Below are positions 29,761 through 37,542 of a stretch of DNA of 64,000 nt, piece after piece. Location of the stretch: contig CAXXMV010000002.1 in the NCBI GenBank assembly GCA_963662285.2, positions 32,001 through 96,000 of the forward strand, read 5' to 3'. The stretch's first letter is position 1, and each line of letters starts with the position of its first letter. A program made the translations under genes and the position numbers. Source of the DNA: a bacterium. Lineage in GTDB: Bacteria > Hinthialibacterota > Hinthialibacteria > Hinthialibacterales > Hinthialibacteraceae. The notes below the pieces were generated by a model. That model saw nothing but the letters and a program-made list of their open reading frames with translations, was not told the DNA's origin and ran no database searches.

Positions 29761-31041
29761 ATGAAAAATAAATCTATAGCACGACGAAAACTTTTACTAC
29801 AAACAGCCGCCAGCACGGCTTTGATCGCCGCCCCTGGAGTATCCCTCAGCGCTGAGTCGAAATCTCAATCTGAGGGTTCGTCCGAAACAAACATTACAAC
29901 AAAGGCGGATGTATTGGTCATTGGCGGAGGAACCGCTGGAGTAATAGCAGCCATCCAATCCGCCAGAGCTGGCGCCAAAACAGTCCTGCTCGAACGTGGC
30001 AGCCAACTTGGCGGCACAATGACCGTGGGCGGAGTCGCCTTTCCCGGATTATTCCACGCTTGGGGTAAACAGATTATATCCGGCATTGGCTGGGAACTGG
30101 TTACTGAATCCGTCGCTATGGATAACGGCGAACTGCCCGATTTTTCCACGCCGCCCTCCAGGCACTGGAAACACCAGGTGCAAATCAACCAATTTATATA
30201 TGCGTTACTCGCCGAAGAGAAATGCTTAAAAGAAGGGGTGACAATTGTATATTACGAATTTCCTCTATCTATTGAGCAATCGGCGAAAGGTTGGATGCTT
30301 GAAAGTGTTGGCCCCGGTATTCGCCGTAAAATATTTAGTAAACAATTGATTGATTGCACCGGCGGCGCCGATGTGGTTGGAATGCTCAAGATGCCGCGCC
30401 TTCGCGAGCAAGAAACGCAGCCCGGATCAATGTTGTTCAAGTCGGGCGACGCATATCAACCTGGACGTGAACAACTGCAAGCCGTCTATGTTCATGGCGC
30501 CGATTCCTCAAGTTCAATCACCCGGACGGAAGCCAATCTCAATGGACGTCAGTCTATACTCAAGCAACTTCGTCAAAAACAAGCTCAGGGAAATGAACCA
30601 GCTCGCCTGATACAAATGCAGCCTGAAGCAGCCTTTCGCGAAAGTTACCGCATCCTCGGCGAAACCATCATAACCCATCAAGACTATACTTCTGGACGCA
30701 AATTCGAAGACGCTGTTTGTTATGCTTTTTATCCCATCGACCTTCACACCAGTGAAGGCGTTAAACCTAAGCCTTTGGCTCAAGGCGTGGTTCCAACAGT
30801 GCCGCTACGGGCGCTGGTTCCAAAGAACAGCCGTAACATTCTGGTAGCCGGGAGATGCGTATCAAGCGACAGGCTGGCAAACTCAGCCCTGCGCGTTCAA
30901 GCTTCCTGCATGGCTATGGGTCAAGCCGCTGGCGCCGCAGCTGCGCTGGCCGTACAACGGAAGACAACACCTCTTGAAGTTCCCTTGGATGATATACGGG
31001 ATTTGTTGTGCAAGAATAATGCGATAGTACCAGGTTCTTAA
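29761..31041 (+). CDS. FAD-dependent oxidoreductase (FAD_oxidored family), probable Tat signal
   Basis: ARRKLL N terminus, GGGTAGVIAA, IDCTGGAD, RESYRI, YPIDLH, LVAGRCVS, MAMGQAAG. Confidence 0.85.
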   Translation: MKNKSIARRKLLLQTAASTALIAAPGVSLSAESKSQSEGSSETNITTKADVLVIGGGTAGVIAAIQSARAGAKTVLLERGSQLGGTMTVGGVAFPGLFHAWGKQIISGIGWELVTESVAMDNGELPDFSTPPSRHWKHQVQINQFIYALLAEEKCLKEGVTIVYYEFPLSIEQSAKGWMLESVGPGIRRKIFSKQLIDCTGGADVVGMLKMPRLREQETQPGSMLFKSGDAYQPGREQLQAVYVHGADSSSSITRTEANLNGRQSILKQLRQKQAQGNEPARLIQMQPEAAFRESYRILGETIITHQDYTSGRKFEDAVCYAFYPIDLHTSEGVKPKPLAQGVVPTVPLRALVPKNSRNILVAGRCVSSDRLANSALRVQASCMAMGQAAGAAAALAVQRKTTPLEVPLDDIRDLLCKNNAIVPGS

Positions 31042-31077
31042 AGACAAGGATTTGTATCAATCACCCAATCATTACCA

Positions 31078-31120
31078 AATCCAGATCATCCTTTCATCCA
31101 GTGAATCCTGATTCAGACAA
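31078..31120 (-). repeat. GGAT-periodic short repeat element
   Basis: Minus strand TTGTCTGAATCAGGATTCACTGGATGAAAGGATGATCTGGATT, with GGAT about every 9 nt. Confidence 0.5.
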
Positions 31121-31144
31121 AAACAGACATGTATTTTTGTGGAA

Positions 31145-33016
31145 TCACTGAGCGCGTTTGGTGATCCGAACCACTCTCGCCATAGCCCAATCAGCGTGAT
31201 CTGAATCAATGCCATCCGGGCCTCCGTCCACCACCAGTTTAATGCGGTTGGTTTTATTATCGGGCAGTTCAATCGATATCATGCGTGGGGGAGTGGTGGG
31301 CATGGTCAATGGACTGACGTAGCGGTGTTGATCATTCACCCAAACCGTGAAAGTTACCGTGGCGACGTCGGGTGATTCCTGATATTTTTGCATGGCCTCA
31401 TAATCAACCCCGGCATAGCATTGGAAAAGCTGATAATCCCCCGGAACTTCAAATTCTACCCGCGAAACGGCATGCGCTCCCAAGCCATAACGGTAGATGG
31501 TTTTGCCAATTTGCAATTGCCTGTCATCGGTGGAGAGATCGGCTTTTAACTGTCCATAGCCCGATTGCGGCTTATCGATTATTTCAGGTGGAATCAAAGG
31601 CCACTGCTGTTCGACTTCGGTGGGCGACAATTCACTCAAATAAAGCACATAAGGATCATCTTGACGGTAATGAGACCGCATAAACAATATAGTAATCCCC
31701 AGGCAAATAGATACCGCCAAAGTTTTAGCCATGATGGCCATCTTCTTTTCCGGCAACAACGGAACCAGATATTCGTAAGCGGTAAAACATGCGTATAGCA
31801 CTACATTAATAAACGCAACCGCCGTTCCCCAAGCTGAATCGATATCCTGCACCACGGTGGAGTTTCCAAACAACGGGCATACCGCCATCAGGTTGATCAG
31901 ATACGTTACACTGAAGGCCATAAAGAAAAATCGTCGCACCGCGCCGCCCGCCGCCAATGGCGCCGCGAAGACAAAATATGGAAATAAATACCGTTCATGA
32001 ACTTTAGTCGGCAGCATAAAAAAGGCCAAAGCAATATGCATGGCCGCCACCCAGCCGGAAACTGAGTCCCTTTGTCTCCAGTAGCCATGCAGACTTAATA
32101 GGAACGCCGCCCCGAAAAGCCCCAAACCAAGGTTTTTATAAGTTAGAAGGTTAAGGATCGCATTGGTCTGCAACATCCCGTCTGAGCCGAATAACACCCC
32201 CCAGATGCGCTCATCAAAGGTTGATGGATCAGCATGTAAGTACCATAAATTAAACGCCCCTACGCTTACGAAACGCCCCCATTTGAAACTATTCAAGACG
32301 CATTGCTGGAAAAGTTCATCGATCTGACCATACGCGATATACGGGGCGACGCCTAAAATGCTCCCGCATATCAATCCCAGAGCCATTAATGCAAACATCC
32401 GGTAGGCGCCGCGCAGCAGGGGGAAACAAAAAAATAACGGCAAAAATGGCAGAGTTTGTAGTTTCATCAACAAAGCTAAAGACAAAGCGGCGCCGCACCA
32501 GAAAGCCCGGTCCATCGAAAAAGCAATTAAGGCCGCCAGCAAAAACATGGCGAAGATGGCGTCTAATTGACCATAGTAGGCGCTTACATATAAAATAGCG
32601 GGATTAAGAAAATACAGTCCGGCCGCCCAAAGGCCTTTTTGGCTGTCGTATTTTTTTTCTACCCAGAAGTAGAGCAGGAATGCCGTCAATATTTCAAATA
32701 AAACGGTGACCGACTTGATGAGAAATAAAAACTTGGCATTAAAGAATGGATCGCCGAACAACCCATGATAAACTCGAGCCAATCCTGTTAGTATATAAAG
32801 ATACAATGGCGGGTAATTGACAAATTTGATATCACCGAGTTGCATATAGTCTCGATATATCGTAATCGGGCTATGATCGACCAGATAATCGGCCCAGGAA
32901 ACTAAAAATAAGAAATCCTGCTTAAATCCGATAAATGGCATAAAGGGCAGGCGCAGTAATACGCCGCCCAGGATTAAGAACCAGAACATTCGAGGTAGTT
33001 GCATGAATGAACGCAT
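31145..33016 (-). CDS. Polytopic GT-C-type glycosyltransferase with C-terminal NPCBM-like carbohydrate-binding domain
   Basis: D..FLVSW, NYPPLY, LNPAILYVSAYYGQLD, MKLQ, KVHERYLFP; C-terminal YRYGLGAHA...GVD...DGIDSDHADWA. Confidence 0.82.
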   Translation of the reverse strand: MRSFMQLPRMFWFLILGGVLLRLPFMPFIGFKQDFLFLVSWADYLVDHSPITIYRDYMQLGDIKFVNYPPLYLYILTGLARVYHGLFGDPFFNAKFLFLIKSVTVLFEILTAFLLYFWVEKKYDSQKGLWAAGLYFLNPAILYVSAYYGQLDAIFAMFLLAALIAFSMDRAFWCGAALSLALLMKLQTLPFLPLFFCFPLLRGAYRMFALMALGLICGSILGVAPYIAYGQIDELFQQCVLNSFKWGRFVSVGAFNLWYLHADPSTFDERIWGVLFGSDGMLQTNAILNLLTYKNLGLGLFGAAFLLSLHGYWRQRDSVSGWVAAMHIALAFFMLPTKVHERYLFPYFVFAAPLAAGGAVRRFFFMAFSVTYLINLMAVCPLFGNSTVVQDIDSAWGTAVAFINVVLYACFTAYEYLVPLLPEKKMAIMAKTLAVSICLGITILFMRSHYRQDDPYVLYLSELSPTEVEQQWPLIPPEIIDKPQSGYGQLKADLSTDDRQLQIGKTIYRYGLGAHAVSRVEFEVPGDYQLFQCYAGVDYEAMQKYQESPDVATVTFTVWVNDQHRYVSPLTMPTTPPRMISIELPDNKTNRIKLVVDGGPDGIDSDHADWAMARVVRITKRAQ

Positions 33017-33488
33017 AACAACCGCTTTCCCAATCAGATCGTACCCTTATCGAGTTTACTACGCCGATACCGACGCAGGGGGCGTAGTTTATTATGCTCA
33101 ATATCTTCGCATGTTTGAACAGACGCGTACCCTTTATTTAGAGGATTGTGGAATTTCTCTTACAGAATTAGCTGATATTAACTGTTTATTCGTCTGCCGA
33201 CGGGCTGAAGTCGACTATATTTCCTCCGCTAAATTGGGCGACCACTTGGATATTGAGACTAAAATATCAGAGTTGGGGAAGACGCATGTCACTTTCTCTT
33301 ATACAATCACTTGTCCGATGAGGAAGAATCAAGATGGCGCCGCGACGCTTATTGCTGAGGGAATCACTAAACTGGTCTCAATCAGAGAAAAAGAGGGGCA
33401 TGTACGGCCTATCCGCATCCCCAAGACTGTTTTAGACGCTTTATCAACTAACAAGTCCCCTCTCCCCGTTGGTGTACAGACCGGGTAG
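33003..33488 (+). CDS. YbgC/FcbC-type acyl-CoA thioesterase; C terminus altered by IS insertion
   Basis: RVYYADTDAGGVVYYAQYL..FE..R. The last codons derive from the REP and the IS481 end. Confidence 0.88.
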   Translation: MNERITTAFPIRSYPYRVYYADTDAGGVVYYAQYLRMFEQTRTLYLEDCGISLTELADINCLFVCRRAEVDYISSAKLGDHLDIETKISELGKTHVTFSYTITCPMRKNQDGAATLIAEGITKLVSIREKEGHVRPIRIPKTVLDALSTNKSPLPVGVQTG

Positions 33489-33560
33489 ATGGGTAACACA
33501 TGTTCGGGGACATGGGTTACAGTTTTTTATCAAAACCGGGATTTATCCCAGGTTATTGTT

Positions 33561-33720
33561 TGAGTTTTTTTTTAGGCATCTAGAGATGCTCAGGATAATT
33601 GGTTGGCTTAGAGGGAGGAGGTGAATATTTCACCTCCTGCATTATCCCTCGCACCTCGGATCGGCTATCCCTGGCGGGTTGCACTCCTGCAGCGCCCGCT
33701 TCCGTTTCGCCCAACCAATT
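33561..33720 (+). ncRNA. Candidate structured RNA module, copy A (inside IS481 #1)
   Basis: Homologous to 45194-45353 with compensatory changes in several stems. Strand and transcription are not proven. Confidence 0.6.
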
Positions 33721-33721
33721 T

Positions 33722-34888
33722 CTATTGTGACGCCTTTTTCTGGATTGCCAAGTTATCTTCTTTGATTTCATTCAAACGCAGATCGAGCGTCTTGATTTTT
33801 TGTCGGCAAAAATATACGTCCATCATCCCATCGGTCATAGCGGGTTTCAAGGCAACCGGGCATCCTACCAGGGCGCGGCTCACCCGGTAATCTTCACCAC
33901 GGTACGCCACCCGACCTCCTTGTTGCACCTTCCTGATAATGCTGCCCGGCGCGTACTCGATATCCGGCAAACTTCCCGGATAAACAAAAGGACTGGACGT
34001 ATAATGGTTAGCCGGGACATCCATATCCAGGGCTTCGTGAGGACGCTCAAAATTGTATTCATAACGCCACTCATCAAACCGCCTTTGGCAATATTCCAAA
34101 TCCACAAACGATTCCCTTATCAGCAATTCTTGCTTAAAGGTCCGGTGAAATCGCTCGACCTTGCCTTGGGTTTGCGGATGGTAGGGGCGACCGTGATACA
34201 CGCGAATACCCAATCGTATCAGCCATATTGTCAATCTGGTGTATTCGCAGGTTTTGCATCCTCCCCACGGACTTCCGTTATCCATCAACATCGCCCGAGG
34301 CATACCATACATCCTGAACACGCTTTCCAGGGAGTCTTGCACGGTTTCCCTTTGCTGATTGGCGCACGAAAATAATCCGGGAACAAAGCGCGTGCAATCA
34401 TCCAGAATGCTGAGCGGATAACAGCGTGCTTTGAGCGTGGGAAAATCTCCTTTGAAATCCATTTGCCACAATTCGTTGGGCGTATCTTTTTCAAAACGCT
34501 TATAGGCTTTGTGCTTGTGACTTTCCTTTTCATCCAGCAATCCCAGTCGGCGTAACACGGCAGTAATAGTGCTGGCGCTAGGAACATTTTCGTATCCCAA
34601 TTGAATCAGACGAGAGCGAATTTTGCGTCCTCCCCATCCTTTTTCGCGATTTTCTGTAATGGCTTGCTCGATAGACTTATCTGTTTGATGAGGGCAAGTA
34701 TTGGGTTTTTTGGAACGGTCTTGGAGATTTTCGACTCCTCCTTCTTTGTACCGTTTGATCCATTTGTAACCCGTCTTACGGCTGATATCAAACCGTTTAC
34801 ATAATTGGCTGATGTTGCTTTCTTCTTGCTGGCTCAACAATACGAATTCTTTTCTCAGAGACATAAGGTCCACCTCGTTCCAGGGCAT
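33722..34888 (-). CDS. IS481-family DDE transposase
   Basis: MPWNEV, ISRKTGYKW HTH, WQMDFKG, LMDNGSPW, PYHPQTQGKVERFHRT, YNFERPHEAL. Confidence 0.96.
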   Translation of the reverse strand: MPWNEVDLMSLRKEFVLLSQQEESNISQLCKRFDISRKTGYKWIKRYKEGGVENLQDRSKKPNTCPHQTDKSIEQAITENREKGWGGRKIRSRLIQLGYENVPSASTITAVLRRLGLLDEKESHKHKAYKRFEKDTPNELWQMDFKGDFPTLKARCYPLSILDDCTRFVPGLFSCANQQRETVQDSLESVFRMYGMPRAMLMDNGSPWGGCKTCEYTRLTIWLIRLGIRVYHGRPYHPQTQGKVERFHRTFKQELLIRESFVDLEYCQRRFDEWRYEYNFERPHEALDMDVPANHYTSSPFVYPGSLPDIEYAPGSIIRKVQQGGRVAYRGEDYRVSRALVGCPVALKPAMTDGMMDVYFCRQKIKTLDLRLNEIKEDNLAIQKKASQ

Positions 34889-35105
34889 ATTCTTCGCCTC
34901 CTTTCAAGGCTAGAATACACTCAGAAAATGTGTTACCTATGTCCCCGAACACCTGTTACCCATGTCCCAGGCCTTTACAGTTGGGAGAGGGTTAGGGTGA
35001 GGGGTAAAATTAAACCACTTCAGACAAAACGAATTGGTCATACTACTAGAGCGTTAATAAGCATAGACCTTCATGAAGGTCTATGTAAAAATATCTTTTG
35101 GTGAA

Positions 35106-37424
35106 ATGATGCGTAAATCAATCGAATTTCTACTATTTCTGTTTATCCTGGCATCCACGGTATGGGCGCAAAACCCGCCTGTTGCAAGTGAGAATAATAT
35201 TCCGGTCGACATTATCGGGGGCGAGTTATCTTTTGATAATGAAACGCAGAATATGCACTCGAAATCAAACGCCAATGGCGACCCTACCGTCATCTTCGAG
35301 ATGCAGTCTATTACCGCCCATCATATTCATTACAACCAGGCGTCTAAAATCATTTACGCCACTGGCGCGGTCCGTTTATGGGATGAAGGAAATATTCTGC
35401 GCGGCGACTATCTGGAATTTTACATTGACAGCAAAGAAGGCGTCCTGCAAAATCTGAAATCATCCGAAATTCTTGACGGCGTCTATTTTGCCGGAGAAAC
35501 CCTGGTTTTAGGACACCGGCCAGCCAAAGTTATTAAAGACGCCACACAACCGGAGATGGTCAGGGAATTTACCCTTTTCAACGGTACAGTCACGCCAAAC
35601 GACCTTCCCGTTCCTCATTACCACATTAAATACAATAAGATCGTTTTCGCTCCCAAAGTTAGAGCCACTATAACAAATATGTTTTTCCATGTCGGCGATT
35701 GGCCGATTGCCTACGCTCCGGTCTTCTCCAGATCACTGGCCGATCATGAACTAACCTATTTTATCGACGTCGATAGTTATTCCGACCTGGGCGTGGCATT
35801 CATGAACCGTTTGTTATGGAAACCCAATGACCAATGGGAACTAAACCTCTATGGCGATTACTTCACCAAAGCGGGCATCGGCAAAGGCGCCAAAGTGGAA
35901 ATGGACATCCCCGGTCAATATGGCCCCAAAGGTATGATCTACGCCAATCATATTAAGCAGGAAGAACCCGACAATGACCGCATTTACGATGGCGCGGATC
36001 GCTATAACCTGGCTTTGGAATACCAGCAGGACCTGCCCTACGATATGCGCTTATCCGCTAAAGGCCATCGCATCTCCGACTCAGAATACCGCTGGGATTA
36101 TCGCGGCCCGGAATCAGCCCATAGAATTGATTTAATTGAGATGCAGGAAGATTCGGTTTCACATGTTAATCTAACCAAATTGTGGGATGATCAAAGTCTG
36201 CGGGCGACCTTCGCCTCGCGGCTTGATCCCTTCTACTACAACGGCCTGCCCTTTATCGAACGGAAGCCGCAAATTCATTTTGAGCAATATCCATATTCAA
36301 TCTATGATTCTAATATTTTCGCCGATTTCCGGCTGGATTATGGAAGATACCGCCGCGAAGAAGGCGTAACGTTCCCCTTAGATGTAAGAAACCTCTACAG
36401 CCGGACCACTTTTTATGACGAGGTAGACCGGCTGGACGCCGAACTGCGCGTCTCTTATCCGATTCATCTTCCCGAACGCTTTACCCTGCAACCCTGGGTA
36501 GGCTATCGCGGAACCAATTACTCCGACCCCATGCGCGCTGAAGGAACTCCCTTCACAGAGTATAACTTCGACGACGAAACCCGCCTGATGCTTGAGGGAG
36601 GCGTTGATCTATCCACCCGCACCGTTTATGAGTTCAAACCATTTTTGGATAAATACGCTAAAATGCGCGCCGTCGTGGAACCTATCTTGCAATATGGATA
36701 TTATCACCCCGACACAGACTTGGAAGAAATCACAACCGGAACCAATATCCGCTTTCCATATATCGATCCGGTTGACGAATTCCGCTTCAAGATGCACCGT
36801 TTCTCAGCTATGGTGCGCACCAAAATTCAAGGCAAAACCGCTGAAGGATTTACCAGCGATTTCATGCGTCTATCAGCAGGAGCGGTATACGACATAATCC
36901 CCGACGAAAACCTGCGCTATGATAGTTTTGAATTGTTCGACGATTTCGCCAATCATGATGATTATAGATTTTCCGACCTGGTCGAAGATTTCAGCATCTA
37001 CCCGTTTGACTGGCTCACCTTCGGCAATTCGCTGCAATTCGATATCGAAGACAGCCAGTTGCGCTCTTCATACACTTACACCACAGTTCAACCGATTGAT
37101 CCGGTTCATGTAACTACCGGATACCTGACCTACAAACATCCACTGCTGGATAACGAAGAGCAGCGCGACGTCACGCTTAATGTAAACTGGAAATTATCCA
37201 ACAAGTGGCAAGCCTATTACACCAGCTGGTATGATATTGATGATGAAGTTTTCCGCAGAAACCATGTCGGCCTGGTGCGGGACATGTACGACTTCTACGG
37301 CATTATCCAGGTAGGCCAGCGCAGACACCCCACCCTGGGAACCGATTTCAAAATATCCTTCGGCCTACAATTCTGGGGCATCAACAAAGGACAAACCCAG
37401 GAAGCCCCGACTCTGTTCTATTAG
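35106..37424 (+). CDS. LptD-like outer-membrane LPS assembly protein
   Basis: Signal peptide, OstA-like N domain (IYATGAVRL, GDYLEF, PHYHI, PIAYAP), then an aromatic-rich beta-barrel region. Confidence 0.7.
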   Translation: MMRKSIEFLLFLFILASTVWAQNPPVASENNIPVDIIGGELSFDNETQNMHSKSNANGDPTVIFEMQSITAHHIHYNQASKIIYATGAVRLWDEGNILRGDYLEFYIDSKEGVLQNLKSSEILDGVYFAGETLVLGHRPAKVIKDATQPEMVREFTLFNGTVTPNDLPVPHYHIKYNKIVFAPKVRATITNMFFHVGDWPIAYAPVFSRSLADHELTYFIDVDSYSDLGVAFMNRLLWKPNDQWELNLYGDYFTKAGIGKGAKVEMDIPGQYGPKGMIYANHIKQEEPDNDRIYDGADRYNLALEYQQDLPYDMRLSAKGHRISDSEYRWDYRGPESAHRIDLIEMQEDSVSHVNLTKLWDDQSLRATFASRLDPFYYNGLPFIERKPQIHFEQYPYSIYDSNIFADFRLDYGRYRREEGVTFPLDVRNLYSRTTFYDEVDRLDAELRVSYPIHLPERFTLQPWVGYRGTNYSDPMRAEGTPFTEYNFDDETRLMLEGGVDLSTRTVYEFKPFLDKYAKMRAVVEPILQYGYYHPDTDLEEITTGTNIRFPYIDPVDEFRFKMHRFSAMVRTKIQGKTAEGFTSDFMRLSAGAVYDIIPDENLRYDSFELFDDFANHDDYRFSDLVEDFSIYPFDWLTFGNSLQFDIEDSQLRSSYTYTTVQPIDPVHVTTGYLTYKHPLLDNEEQRDVTLNVNWKLSNKWQAYYTSWYDIDDEVFRRNHVGLVRDMYDFYGIIQVGQRRHPTLGTDFKISFGLQFWGINKGQTQEAPTLFY

Positions 37425-37485
37425 CATTATTTCTTGATATGATCGTGTAGAGTATGGTAGCAAGAAAACTACTCTTTTCCAGAAG

Positions 37486-37516
37486 AAAAAAGGCGCAGCC
37501 TATTCCGGGCTGCGCC
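37486..37516 (-). terminator. Intrinsic terminator after the M56 gene
   Basis: Minus strand GGCGCAGCC...GGCTGCGCC followed by TTTTTT. Confidence 0.8.
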
Positions 37517-37542
37517 AGTAAATATCATCTAGATAACATATT

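Larger units (their letters stand above)
33473..34979 (-). mobile_element. IS481-family insertion sequence #1, inserted in a REP
   Basis: TGT...ACA ends with tandem GGGACATGGGTAACA-like units at both ends; 5-bp target duplication GTTGG (33468-33472 and 34980-34984). Confidence 0.93.

Noticed and set aside
33600-33625. Variable region of the module as a guide matching the REP target (GTTGG..AGAGGG..GGTGA in A; ATCCGTC in B versus its right flank)
   Set aside because: The matches are only 5-7 nt, gapped and in low-complexity sequence, so chance cannot be excluded with two copies. Worth retesting on many copies but not claimed.
33664-33712. Shared IS module as a conserved peptide (LAGCTPAAPASVSP vs LTGCSPAEPVSVSP)
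   Set aside because: A 1-nt indel breaks the frame between the copies. Substitutions hit first and second codon positions and are pairwise compensatory, which fits base pairing better than coding.
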